Assembly: GCA_026003175.1 (NCBI GenBank)
Contig: BPGT01000001.1
Location: 408,839 to 472,838 of the forward strand
Origin: Armatimonadota bacterium
GTDB taxonomy: Bacteria; Armatimonadota; HRBIN16
DNA length: 64,000 nt
Reading direction: 5' to 3'
The notes under the pieces are model-generated. The model made no database searches. It was not told where the DNA came from and worked only from the letters and a program-made list of their open reading frames with translations. Positions 1-9,353 of this stretch are shown here, one piece after another (positions within the stretch are counted from its first letter, which is position 1; each line of letters starts with the position of its first letter). The translations under genes and the position numbers were made by a program.

Positions 1-2
1 TG

Positions 3-173
3 CAGACCAACCGCGGCCGGCGCGTGTATCAGGTGCGTCACCTGCGCGATAACGTGCAGGAGGTGACCCCCACGCGCCTGATTATCACCGACATGGACGG
101 CAACCGCTTCGAAATCCCCGATACGACCAAGCTGGATTCTCGCAGTATGGCGATTATCGCACGGGCGTTATGA
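3..173 (+). CDS. C-terminal fragment of an upstream gene (hypothetical, 5' end outside window)
   Basis: Open frame from window edge to TGA at 171-173; stop overlaps the next gene's ATG (ATGA coupling). Confidence 0.3.
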   Translation, partial: QTNRGRRVYQVRHLRDNVQEVTPTRLIITDMDGNRFEIPDTTKLDSRSMAIIARAL

Positions 174-886
174 GATGGGCGCGGATAATTTGGGAAGAGA
201 TTCTGGACGCGCTGTACCCGCCGCGTTGTGCCGCCTGTGCATTGGTAGGGTGCGACGGCTGGTGCGACGAGTGCGCCGATAGCATCGCCTATATCTCCCT
301 GCCTGTCTGCGCTCGATGTGGCACGCCGGTTGACCCCGAAGGCTTCTGTTCCTCCTGTCCGGTGCATTCTCTGGTGCCCGAAGTGGTTCGCACAGTTGCA
401 CGCTACGATGGCGTGATACGGTCGGCGATTCACCGCTTCAAGTATGGGAATCGTGCCTCGCTGGCTCCCGCGCTAGCGCGGTTGCTGATACAGACTTGGC
501 AAACTCCGCTCACCGAGCCACTACGCGCGGCGGATGTGGTTGTTCCTGTGCCCATTCACCGACAACGCGAGCGGGAGCGTGGTTTCAATCAGAGTGCACT
601 ACTTGCCAGAGAGTTCTGCCGCAGCACAGGGCTGCCTTTGTTGCAAGATGTGCTGGAGCGCACGGTGTATCGCCAGCCGCAGGTGGGGTTGGATGCAGCA
701 GAACGGCGTGAAAACGTGAAGGATGCCTTTCGTGTGACACAACCGCAGGCAGTGGCGGGCAAGAGCGTACTGCTGATCGACGACGTGTGGACAACGGGCA
801 GTACGCTCAACGAGGCAGCGCGGGCGTTGCTAACAGCAGGCGCGGAAAGGGTGTTTGCCTACACGGTGGCGCATGAGCCGTTGTAG
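170..886 (+). CDS. comF: ComF family protein (double zinc-ribbon N-terminus + phosphoribosyltransferase domain)
   Basis: N-terminal Cys clusters (CAAC...CDEC...CARC) and C-terminal PRTase motif VLLIDDVWTTGSTL; length 238 aa typical of ComFC. Confidence 0.7.
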   Translation: MRWARIIWEEILDALYPPRCAACALVGCDGWCDECADSIAYISLPVCARCGTPVDPEGFCSSCPVHSLVPEVVRTVARYDGVIRSAIHRFKYGNRASLAPALARLLIQTWQTPLTEPLRAADVVVPVPIHRQRERERGFNQSALLAREFCRSTGLPLLQDVLERTVYRQPQVGLDAAERRENVKDAFRVTQPQAVAGKSVLLIDDVWTTGSTLNEAARALLTAGAERVFAYTVAHEPL

Positions 887-964
887 CATGGGCACCCTTG
901 CAAAGCCCCACTCCCTCACGTTATACTGATACTACTGCAACCGTTCGGAAGGGGGTTGGCACGC

Positions 965-3472
965 ATGGAGGAAAGATATCAACCGCAACAGATAGAACAA
1001 AAATGGCAGAAACGCTGGCAGGAAGCACAGCTATTTCGCGCGGAGGACTTCAGCCCGAAGCCCAAACTGTACGCACTGGACTTTTTCCCCTATCCTTCGG
1101 GTGACGGGCTGTCGGTCGGGCACTGTCGCAACTATATCCCCACCGATGCCTTCTGCCGCTATAAGCATATGAAGGGCTTTAACGTGTTGCACCCGATGGG
1201 GTGGGATGCGTTCGGTCTGCCCGCTGAGAACGAAGCCATCCGCAAACGCTCGCATCCCAGCAAGACGGTGCCGCGTTACATCGCCAACTACAAGCGGCAG
1301 ATGAACATGATAGGTATCTCCTACGACTGGAGCCGTGAGATTAACTCCAGCTCGCCGGATTATTATAAATGGACACAATGGTTCTTCCTGCTGCTGTACA
1401 AGCGCGGGCTGGCGTACCGCTCCACTGCCCCCGCCAACTGGTGCCCATCCTGTAAAACGGTGCTGGCGAACGAAGAGGTAGAAGGCGGTGCGTGCTGGCG
1501 GTGCGGCAGCATCGTGGAGAAGCGTGACCTACCCCAGTGGTTCTTCAAAATTACCGACTACGCGGAGCGACTGCTGAACGACCTGGAGCTCATTAACTGG
1601 CCCGAAGGCATCAAGATGATGCAGCGCAACTGGATTGGGCGTAGCGAGGGCGTGGAGTTCCAGATGCAGGTCGCCGATGCCGAAGGCAGACCGTCGGACA
1701 AATCCTTCTGGGTGTTCACCACGCGCGTGGATACTACCTTCGGCATGTCGTTTGCGGTGCTGGCGCCCGAGCATCCTCTGGTGCGTGAGATTACCACCCC
1801 CGACCGACGCGAGGAAGTAGAAGCGTATATCGCCCGCAGCCAGCGTGAGACGGAGATTGAACGCCTCTCCACCGAGCGTGTGCGCGATGGCGTGTTCACC
1901 GGCGCATACGCCATCAACCCCGTTAACGGACAGCTGGTACCCATTTTCATCGCCGACTACGTGTTGATGGGCTACGGCACAGGCGCGATTATGGCAGTGC
2001 CCGCGCATGACGAGCGCGACTTCGACTTCGCCAAGCGCTACGGACTGCCCATCCCTGTAGTGATTGCTCCTCCCGGCTGGAACGGCGAACCGCTGGAGCA
2101 GGCATACACCGGCGAAGGCACAATGGTCAACAGCGGAGAGTTTAGCGGACTGCCCAGCGAAGAGGGCAAACAGCGTATCGCCGACTGGATGGAGGCGCAG
2201 GGTATCGGCAAACGACGCGTGAACTACCGCCTGCGCGACTGGCTCATCAGCCGACAGCGATACTGGGGTGCGCCCATCCCCATCATCCACTGCCCCAAGT
2301 GCGGGCAAGTGCCTGTTCCTGATGACCAGCTGCCCGTACTGTTGCCTGACGTGGAGCACTACGAGCCGACAGGCACGGGCAAATCGCCTCTGGCAAACAT
2401 CCCGGAGTTTGTGAACACCACCTGCCCGCAATGCGGAAGCGCCGCCGAGCGCGAGACCGACACGATGGGCGGTTTCGCCTGTTCCTCGTGGTACTTCCTG
2501 CGCTTCGCCAGCCCGCACGAAACCGAACGCCCCTTCAATCCCGACGCGGTGCGCTACTGGCTACCTGTTGATGTGTACGTCGGTGGAGCGGAGCACGCGG
2601 TGATGCATCTGCTGTACGCCCGCTTCTGGGTAAAGGTGATGTACGACGCGGGGCTGGTGCACTTCGTGGAGCCGTTCCTCACCCTGCGCAACCAGGGCAT
2701 GGTGCTGGCTCCTGACCCCGATAACCCCAGCGTGATGGTGAAGATGTCCAAATCTAAAGGCAACGTGGTCACGCCCGACTCGGTGGTAGAGCAACACGGC
2801 GCGGACACCCTGCGCCTGTACGAGCTGTTCGTCGCCCCCTTTGATCAGGCGATTGAATGGCGTGAGGAGGGCGTGAGCGGAGCTAACCGCTTCCTGCACC
2901 GCGTGTGGCGACTGGTGCTGGAAACCATCCCGCACTATCATCGCGACTGGAAAGAGAAGCTGCAGGGAGCAGAACTGACCGCCGATGAGCGCAAACTGCG
3001 CCGCAAGACACACCAGACTATCAGGAAGGTGGGCGAGGACATCGAGGACTTCCGCTTCAACACCGCCGTCGCGGCGATTATGGAATGGGTGAACCTGATG
3101 TACGACCTGAAGGACGCACTCATCGCGTCGCCCGCTTTCAGCGAGGCGATACATTCGCTGATACTGGTGCTGGCGCCGTTCACCCCGCATATCGCCGACG
3201 AGCTGTGGGAGAGGCTGGGCTACGAAGGCTTCACCTACAACCAGCCCTATCCTGAGTACGACGAAGCAGTCGCCGCGGCGGAGGAGCTGAACATCGTCGT
3301 GCAGGTGAACGGCAAACTGCGCGACGTGCTGGTGGTTCCGGTAGACACCCCTCAGGAGGAGCTGGAGCGACTGGCGCTGGCAAGCCCCAAAGTGCAACAG
3401 TTCACCAATGGCAAGAAGGTGAAGAAGGTCATCATCGTGCCGAACAAGCTGGTGAACGTGGTGGTGGGATAA
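965..3472 (+). CDS. leuS: Leucine--tRNA ligase
   Basis: Class I aaRS HIGH-type motif (PYPSGDGLSVGHCRNY), KMSKS (VKMSKSKGN), ~835 aa, N-terminus MEERYQPQQIEQKWQ typical of LeuS; GGAAGGGGG RBS before ATG 965. Confidence 0.9.
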   Translation: MEERYQPQQIEQKWQKRWQEAQLFRAEDFSPKPKLYALDFFPYPSGDGLSVGHCRNYIPTDAFCRYKHMKGFNVLHPMGWDAFGLPAENEAIRKRSHPSKTVPRYIANYKRQMNMIGISYDWSREINSSSPDYYKWTQWFFLLLYKRGLAYRSTAPANWCPSCKTVLANEEVEGGACWRCGSIVEKRDLPQWFFKITDYAERLLNDLELINWPEGIKMMQRNWIGRSEGVEFQMQVADAEGRPSDKSFWVFTTRVDTTFGMSFAVLAPEHPLVREITTPDRREEVEAYIARSQRETEIERLSTERVRDGVFTGAYAINPVNGQLVPIFIADYVLMGYGTGAIMAVPAHDERDFDFAKRYGLPIPVVIAPPGWNGEPLEQAYTGEGTMVNSGEFSGLPSEEGKQRIADWMEAQGIGKRRVNYRLRDWLISRQRYWGAPIPIIHCPKCGQVPVPDDQLPVLLPDVEHYEPTGTGKSPLANIPEFVNTTCPQCGSAAERETDTMGGFACSSWYFLRFASPHETERPFNPDAVRYWLPVDVYVGGAEHAVMHLLYARFWVKVMYDAGLVHFVEPFLTLRNQGMVLAPDPDNPSVMVKMSKSKGNVVTPDSVVEQHGADTLRLYELFVAPFDQAIEWREEGVSGANRFLHRVWRLVLETIPHYHRDWKEKLQGAELTADERKLRRKTHQTIRKVGEDIEDFRFNTAVAAIMEWVNLMYDLKDALIASPAFSEAIHSLILVLAPFTPHIADELWERLGYEGFTYNQPYPEYDEAVAAAEELNIVVQVNGKLRDVLVVPVDTPQEELERLALASPKVQQFTNGKKVKKVIIVPNKLVNVVVG

Positions 3473-3668
3473 GGGCGGTGGGAGCACACGGCAGTAGAGC
3501 GACTGCCCGGGAAGGAGATGAGGCGGATTCGGGCGGTCAGGCGAGGGCAGGGAACGTCAAGAAGTATCCCGGAGATTCTTCGCTGCGCTCAGGATAGTCC
3601 GTCAAACTTCCATATTGTAAACACAGTATTTCTGCGCGTGTCCCATGTGTACTCGCGAGCCGCGAAGC

Positions 3669-3739
3669 CATCTCCTGCGAGGAGAGGGGCGATCGCGGTC
3701 TCCTTTCCCTCGCAGGGAAGGGGGGCAGGGGGTTAGGTT
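3669..3739. repeat. GC-rich nested-palindrome intergenic repeat (family A, single unit) ending GGGGGTTAGGTT
   Basis: Two hairpins (tctcctgcgaggaga; cctttccctcgcagggaagg) followed by gggcagggggttaggtt; same architecture at 9109-9349 and 11583-11661; lies between convergent 3' ends of leuS and the URO-D gene. Confidence 0.7.
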
Positions 3740-3787
3740 CAAACACCAACAGCTCGGCAGCAGCCTGATCCTCCACAGGGTGAGGGG

Positions 3788-4924
3788 TCACACTTTCACG
3801 TACCGCCGTATGTAGTTCCTATGCCGATACTCCGCCACCAGCTTGGGGTCTATCGGGTAGTTGCCGTATTTTCTCGCCGCTTCCACCATCGCCAAATAGT
3901 TTTCAGGCTTAACGGCGGGGTGGATAGAATTGCTCGACGCCAGGATGTGCCCCCCACCCGGTGAGGCTTTAGCGATGGTCTCCTTCACTGCCTCCTCTAC
4001 CTCCTCGCGTGCGCCCCGCGTCAGCACCACCGAACAGTCCACGTTGCCTATCACCGCGATGTGGTCGCCATAGCGCGCCTTTACCTCGCCGATGTCCATG
4101 CCCGCCAGCGGTTCGATGGGGTCAATGGCATCGATGCCCGCCTCCACCAGCATATCCATAATCGCCCAGATATTGCCGTCAGTATGCTTGATGTAAGGCA
4201 CGCCCATCTCGTGCGCGGCGTCGATACTGCGCTTCAGGTAGGGCAGGATGAACTCGCGGAAGTGCGCCGGGCTCATAATCAAGCCATGTGCGGTAGCGTA
4301 GTCATCACCCGATACCACAGCATCTGCCCCTTCGCGAATAGCGTGGCGCATCAGGCGGATCTTGTAATCGGTCACCATCTCTGCCAGCGTATGCGCCAGC
4401 TCGGGGTCATCTAGATAGTCCACCAGCAGGTTTTCCATGCCTCCACGCAGGTAGTGTGGAAATTCGAAGCCATCGTGTGTCAGGAAGACAATCGCTTTGC
4501 GCCCCTTGAACCGTTTGACCGCCTCGCGCAGGGATCTCAGTCGGTGAGGGGCATCGGGGTCGGGCGGCGTATAATGTTTCAGGTCTTCGCGTGAACGAAT
4601 GGGACCTTCAATCGGGTAGGGAATCCCGAACTCGGTGACTCCCCAGATGATGCCCCATTCGTCGCGCACAATTTGCTGTGTGCCTTCCACCAAGGTACGT
4701 CCTCGCCAGACAACCCCCGATTGCTGGGCGGAACCGAGCAACTGCATCTGCATGTCCTCGAAGATGGTGATGCCGTCCAGGTGGTCCATCTCGGCGAGTT
4801 CTTCCAGCGAACTGGCGCCCACCGCGGAAAGGGTCGGCTCGTTGACGATCAGTTCCCACAGGGGAACCTTGTCGGGTTCCCCATGGCGCAACAGAGCGGT
4901 CATGAAACGTTCGTAACCGGTCAT
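3788..4924 (-). CDS. Uroporphyrinogen decarboxylase (URO-D) family protein (MtaA/CmuA-like methyltransferase fold)
   Basis: 378-aa ORF; N-terminus MTGYERFMTALLRHGEPDKVPLWELIV and overall pattern typical of URO-D family proteins. Confidence 0.65.
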   Translation of the reverse strand: MTGYERFMTALLRHGEPDKVPLWELIVNEPTLSAVGASSLEELAEMDHLDGITIFEDMQMQLLGSAQQSGVVWRGRTLVEGTQQIVRDEWGIIWGVTEFGIPYPIEGPIRSREDLKHYTPPDPDAPHRLRSLREAVKRFKGRKAIVFLTHDGFEFPHYLRGGMENLLVDYLDDPELAHTLAEMVTDYKIRLMRHAIREGADAVVSGDDYATAHGLIMSPAHFREFILPYLKRSIDAAHEMGVPYIKHTDGNIWAIMDMLVEAGIDAIDPIEPLAGMDIGEVKARYGDHIAVIGNVDCSVVLTRGAREEVEEAVKETIAKASPGGGHILASSNSIHPAVKPENYLAMVEAARKYGNYPIDPKLVAEYRHRNYIRRYVKV

Positions 4925-5454
4925 TGTACTCTCCTCAGCCGTTCCTCGTGAATCAGGTCCTCCAGCGGGCGGCGCGGGCGAGATGCGGGATGTTCCGCAG
5001 GATAGGCGATAGGCAGTATCGCCGCCGGCTGTAACGGTGGCTCCGCACCGATAATCCTCGCGACCGCTTCGTCGTCGAATGCGCCTATCCAGCAGCTGCT
5101 CAACCCCAGCGCAGTAGCCGCAAGATGGGCAATCGTGCAGGCGATGGTGGCGTCCTGCATACAGTAGAGATGCTCTCCCCGCCTGCCGTAGGTGCTACTG
5201 TTGCGCAACGGATTGGCCACAAACACCAGCACCACCGGTGCATCTTCGATGAAAGTCTGGTCGTGCGAGGCACGGGCGAGCTGGCGGATGTGCTCGCGGT
5301 CGCGCACCAGCACCACCTCGTACGCCTGCAGATTGCCCGCCGAGGGCGCGCTATTGATTGCCTCCAGTATCTGTTTTAGCTTCTCTTCCTCAATCGGTTT
5401 ACGCTCGTAGGCGCGTACAGAACGCCGTCGCTTCAAAACCTCAAAGAACTCCAT
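4921..5454 (-). CDS. Nitroreductase family protein
   Basis: MEFFEVLKRRRSVRAY N-terminus (classic nitroreductase start), GGAGG RBS upstream of ATG at 5454; ATGA overlap with downstream gene. Confidence 0.75.
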   Translation of the reverse strand: MEFFEVLKRRRSVRAYERKPIEEEKLKQILEAINSAPSAGNLQAYEVVLVRDREHIRQLARASHDQTFIEDAPVVLVFVANPLRNSSTYGRRGEHLYCMQDATIACTIAHLAATALGLSSCWIGAFDDEAVARIIGAEPPLQPAAILPIAYPAEHPASRPRRPLEDLIHEERLRRVQ

Positions 5455-5470
5455 GCCGATTCCTCCCTCC

Positions 5471-6640
5471 CTACACGTATCGTCCATGCTCTTTGCCTGT
5501 CTCGTACATCGTCCACAAGTTTTCCAGCGGTGTGCTTGGGGCGAGGTTGTTGCCCTCGCGCAGGATGAACTTGCCTCCCTCCATCACACCGCTTCGCAGG
5601 ATGCGAACGGTTTCTTCGCGCACCTGTTCCGGTGTACCATGATGAAGCAAAGGAACCGATGGACCGCCTAGCAGCTCTACCTCGGGTCCCAAATCCCGCC
5701 GTGCCTTGCCAAGGTCTATAGGAAAGCCGGTGTCGATACTGCGTACGTTCAGCCTGTCGCGCAGGAATACCAGATGCCTCTGCACGTCACCGCAGAGATG
5801 GATGCCTATCGGCTGAGAGGGGTCTTCCATCAATTCCTCCTTCAATCGTTGATGGAAGGGGAAGACCATCTGCTCGTACATGCGAGTACTCAACAGTTCG
5901 ATACTGTCATCGGCGAAGCCCCAGCCGTTGGGCGTTTTTTCGGGCTGCCCCAAATGACGGCGGTATGCCTTAATGCGCGTGATGATGGCGGTGGTGACGA
6001 AATCCAGTAACTGCAGGGCGTAATCGGGATCCTCAATCAAGTCCGCGGCAAACTGTGATGCCCCGCGCAGGTTGCAGCATATCGTCATCGGACCATCCGT
6101 GCCCAGGCCAGTTGGGCTGACCGAGGCGATGGGCTTACCGTACATCGTCCAGCCTTCGTCTTGCTTGCGCTTCATGTACTCATAAAACTCCCAATTGCGC
6201 GCCATCAGCCCGCCGGTGAACGGGTCGGGAATACCTTTGTCGAACAGCAGGTTCTTTCTGTCGCCGGTCAGAAGGGGTTTGACATCCGGTACCTGGTCGG
6301 AGGAATAGAAAATCTCGCATCCCAACCATGCGGATTCGTAGACGTTTTGAAAATCCACGTAAACACTCCAACCTTTCTCCGGGATGCCCATCTCGCTATC
6401 TTGAGGGATGTGGTGGCGCACCCAGTGGATGTGTTGTATCTGGTACTCCAGCATCACCTGCGGGTCGTTGAAGTACTGCTCAAAGGTGATGTTTCGTGGA
6501 TTCGCCTCAGGTATGCCCATAGTAAAACGCACGTTCAACCCCCAGATAATGGGAACACGAATCGGTTTTCCTGCTCGATACGCTTCCCAAACCTGCTGCA
6601 CTTCGGCATTGTGCACTTCGAAATCGATATATCTGGACAC
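5471..6640 (-). CDS. Hypothetical protein, URO-D-like/TIM-barrel candidate (GTG start with GGAGG RBS; longer ORF to 6718 possible)
   Basis: Long ORF; GGAGGTAGTTGCT-GTG at 6640 gives a well-spaced RBS; no RBS at the far ATG. Confidence 0.45.
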   Translation of the reverse strand: MSRYIDFEVHNAEVQQVWEAYRAGKPIRVPIIWGLNVRFTMGIPEANPRNITFEQYFNDPQVMLEYQIQHIHWVRHHIPQDSEMGIPEKGWSVYVDFQNVYESAWLGCEIFYSSDQVPDVKPLLTGDRKNLLFDKGIPDPFTGGLMARNWEFYEYMKRKQDEGWTMYGKPIASVSPTGLGTDGPMTICCNLRGASQFAADLIEDPDYALQLLDFVTTAIITRIKAYRRHLGQPEKTPNGWGFADDSIELLSTRMYEQMVFPFHQRLKEELMEDPSQPIGIHLCGDVQRHLVFLRDRLNVRSIDTGFPIDLGKARRDLGPEVELLGGPSVPLLHHGTPEQVREETVRILRSGVMEGGKFILREGNNLAPSTPLENLWTMYETGKEHGRYV

Positions 6641-6858
6641 AGCAACTACCTCCGCCAGCCAGCTTGAGGAACATTTCACAAAGTAGTAGTTAGATACTCT
6701 GCAGCCATTCGCCTGCATACCTTTTGGGAAAAGGTCAGGATAAGCAGCATGTCGTAAGTGAAATGCGGGTTTTTCATCCTCTCCCGTAACCTTCGGCGCG
6801 GGTATTGCGTCTTATCTGTGCATAACATCCGCACAGCGCGGGAAGCGGGAGAGTATCG

Positions 6859-7479
6859 TTGGCAGGTCCAGGAGCGATAGCGTTGCCGCACTCATCCGGT
6901 ACGGTGAACTCAGCCGATGCCGACCGTCAGGCGATAGAACGATTTCTGGCGGGCGATGCCAGTGCGTTCGAGGAACTGTACCATCGGTACCAGCCTTATG
7001 TGTACAACGTGGTGAACGGCATCGTGCAAAACGCCGACGATGCGCGGGATGTCACGCAGGACGTGTTTCTGCACGTGTATGAATCGCTGTCGCGTTTTCG
7101 TGGTGGCTCCGCGTTTTCTACGTGGCTCTATCGGGTGGCGGTAAACGCTGCCATCACCCACGTACGCAAGGAGAGACGCCACCCGCAGATATCGCTGGAC
7201 GCGCTGCGCGAGTTTCGTGCTGACATCGACGCCGAGCCAGAGCAGCAGGCGACCCGCGCAGAAACACAGCAGGCAGTACAGCAAATGCTCGCCCAGCTCC
7301 CCGAACAGCAACGAGCAGTGCTGGTACTGCGCTATTTTCAAGAGCTGTCGTTGGAGGAGATAGCAGAGGTAATGAACTGTTCGGTGGCAGCCGTCAAGGT
7401 ACGTTTGCACCGCGCCCGTAACAGTTTCCGTCGTCTGTTCGAAAAGCGACACTCGCAAGAGGATGATGAGAACCGATGA
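6859..7479 (+). CDS. RNA polymerase sigma-70 factor, ECF subfamily (true start may be GTG at 6904)
   Basis: Region 2 motifs (YRYVYNVV...DAEDVTQDVFL, WLYRVAVN) and region 4 HTH (LSLEEIAEVMNCSVAAVKVRLHRAR). Confidence 0.8.
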   Translation: MAGPGAIALPHSSGTVNSADADRQAIERFLAGDASAFEELYHRYQPYVYNVVNGIVQNADDARDVTQDVFLHVYESLSRFRGGSAFSTWLYRVAVNAAITHVRKERRHPQISLDALREFRADIDAEPEQQATRAETQQAVQQMLAQLPEQQRAVLVLRYFQELSLEEIAEVMNCSVAAVKVRLHRARNSFRRLFEKRHSQEDDENR

Positions 7480-8321
7480 GATGCACACTGGTTCGCTGGT
7501 GGATGGAAGAATATATCGACGGCGCGTTGGACGGTAAGCGTGTGCAGTGGATTCAGGCACACTTGCAGCAGTGTCGCGCGTGCGCGCAGGAGCTGGCATG
7601 GCGCCGCTCTCTGCATGAGGCGTTGAAACCGGAACCGCTTACTGCACCACCCCCGCAGGAGATGTGGCAGGACTTTCAGCGCAGGCTCACACAGCGTCGC
7701 CGATCCGTACGACCGCTCCCATCCTCGTGGTGGCGATGGGGCACAGCGACAGCAGCTGTAGCGTGCGCGCTGGTATTGGGTATAGCGTGGTGGAGCGGAC
7801 GCGCTCCGGTTTTGGAGACAGCAGCGCCGCCGGAACCGTCGAACGGGAGGAACTTCGCTTTCGGTGAGCGACAGCACAACTCGCCTGCAGTAAGCGGGGC
7901 GGAGTCTATCGCTTCGTCTCCATCACCAGCGCGCTCGCCTGCTGTTCAACCGATACGCACAGCGAAAACGCCTTCGGTGAAACAGCCTGAGCCGTCGCCC
8001 CCGCTGGTGCGATTCACCACGCAACCCACAACGCAGCCAGCTGACGCAGCTCAACCGCCTGCGCCGCAGGTGTTCGCCAGCGTAGCATACGCGGAGGTGC
8101 GCAACGAGCAGGGCGAGCTGGTGAGCAGGGTGCTTTTGCAAACGACATACGATGAAAACGGTCAACCCAGAGCGGTGCAGATAGAGTGTGATACCCCTGC
8201 CGCAGTGGAGGTAGAGAGCAATGATGAACCGGTGGATAGTTTTGATAATCACGGTGATAATAGCAGCTCCGCTGGCAGCCCAGACCCGACAGCCGGTACC
8301 CGTCCGGGCTTACCAGATTGA
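7476..8321 (+). CDS. Putative anti-sigma factor (zinc-finger ZAS-like N-terminus, one TM helix, Pro/Ala-rich periplasmic tail)
   Basis: ATGA overlap with sigma gene; HLQQCRAC motif; TM segment WGTATAAVACALVLGIAWW; low-complexity C-terminus. Confidence 0.55.
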   Translation: MRCTLVRWWMEEYIDGALDGKRVQWIQAHLQQCRACAQELAWRRSLHEALKPEPLTAPPPQEMWQDFQRRLTQRRRSVRPLPSSWWRWGTATAAVACALVLGIAWWSGRAPVLETAAPPEPSNGRNFAFGERQHNSPAVSGAESIASSPSPARSPAVQPIRTAKTPSVKQPEPSPPLVRFTTQPTTQPADAAQPPAPQVFASVAYAEVRNEQGELVSRVLLQTTYDENGQPRAVQIECDTPAAVEVESNDEPVDSFDNHGDNSSSAGSPDPTAGTRPGLPD

Positions 8322-9084
8322 AGCGGTCAATCGCGACGTGCGCGAGGTACTGGACGACCTGTTCCAGAAAGCAGGCAAGCAGTACGTCATAGAGCCGGGT
8401 GTGCAGGGCACCGTCTCTCTGCGTATCGCTACCAATTCGTTTGAAGAGGCACTGAACCGCGTGCTGCAAAGTGCAGGGTTGGTTTGCCAGGTGGAGCGGT
8501 CACAAGCCCCTCAGGGACGCCTTGTGGAAACTTATGTTGTCAGAGCGCGCCCGGTGGCGATTCCGCTGGCAACGCAGACTCCGGTAGAGGTTCTGTCACG
8601 GCCGGTGAATATGGTGGCGAGCACCAGACTGCGCAACGTGTTAGCCATGCTCTCTCAGCAAACGGGAGTGCCCATCGTGGCGGCGCGCGAGGTTCCCGAT
8701 TTAGAGGTAACACGACTGGTGTTGAACAACGTGACGCTGGGCTATGCGCTCAACGTAATTGCACAAGCCACCCAGACGCAGTACCAGTTCCAGCCAGATG
8801 GTTCCATCCTGCTGGTACCTGCGCCGCAGATACAGGTAAAAGGCGCGCCCGGCGCAACGGGAACACGACAGTTTGTAGACCCCATGATACAACGTGCTTT
8901 TCCCCTTGCCAGCCAGATACAGCCTGACCCCTCTGCGTCCATTACCACAAAGCGCATGGGGAAGCCGACGGTAGCACCGGTGTTGAAGTGTGTTTGCGGT
9001 GCGGAACTGCAGCCGCACTGGAACTACTGCCCGATGTGTGGTAGGAAGATTCCCAAGCCGCAGCCTGCACCGCCGAAGCGGTAA
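8221..9084 (+). CDS. Secreted protein with two secretin-N/STN-like domains and a C-terminal zinc ribbon
   Basis: Signal peptide MMNRWIVLIITVIIAAPLAAQ; strong GGAGGT RBS; two ~80-aa STN-like segments; CVCGAELQPHWNYCPMCG C-terminus. Overlaps the anti-sigma ORF by ~100 nt. Confidence 0.5.
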   Translation: MMNRWIVLIITVIIAAPLAAQTRQPVPVRAYQIEAVNRDVREVLDDLFQKAGKQYVIEPGVQGTVSLRIATNSFEEALNRVLQSAGLVCQVERSQAPQGRLVETYVVRARPVAIPLATQTPVEVLSRPVNMVASTRLRNVLAMLSQQTGVPIVAAREVPDLEVTRLVLNNVTLGYALNVIAQATQTQYQFQPDGSILLVPAPQIQVKGAPGATGTRQFVDPMIQRAFPLASQIQPDPSASITTKRMGKPTVAPVLKCVCGAELQPHWNYCPMCGRKIPKPQPAPPKR

Positions 9085-9108
9085 GTGGTGGCAGAGCATT
9101 AGAATAGA

Positions 9109-9349
9109 CCTCTCCCCCATCCCCTCTCCCACAGGGAGAGGGGTGTGTCTCCCCCTTCCCTCTCAGGGAAGGGGGATGGGGGGTTAGGTTGAACTCACCT
9201 TTCTCACCTCTCCCCCGTCCCCTCTCCCACAGGGAGAGGGGTGTGTCTCCCCCTTCCCTCACAGGGAAGAGGGACGGGGGGTTAGGTTGAACTCACCTTT
9301 CTCACCTCTCCCCCTTCCCTCTCAGGGAAGGGGGATGGGGGGTTAGGTT
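9109..9349. repeat. Tandem array (2.5 units, ~98-bp period) of family A nested-palindrome repeat
   Basis: Units 9109-9190 and 9207-9288 plus a half unit 9305-9349, separated by identical 16-nt gaactcacctttctca linkers; each unit has two hairpins then GGGGGTTAGGTT. Confidence 0.85.
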
Positions 9350-9353
9350 ACCA

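Noticed and set aside
1529-3487. Long antisense ORFs inside leuS (1529-2518, 2561-3487 minus)
   Set aside because: They lie on the opposite strand of a strongly supported leuS. This is a typical high-GC antisense open-frame artefact.
8942-9262. ORFs 8942-9262(-) and 8990-9187(+) across the tandem repeat
   Set aside because: They are translations of low-complexity GC repeat DNA (family A), with no start context.
9109-9349. Possible CRISPR array
   Set aside because: The repeats are contiguous ~82-bp palindromic units joined by an identical 16-nt linker, with no variable spacers and no cas genes. This is a REP/BIME-like tandem, not CRISPR.
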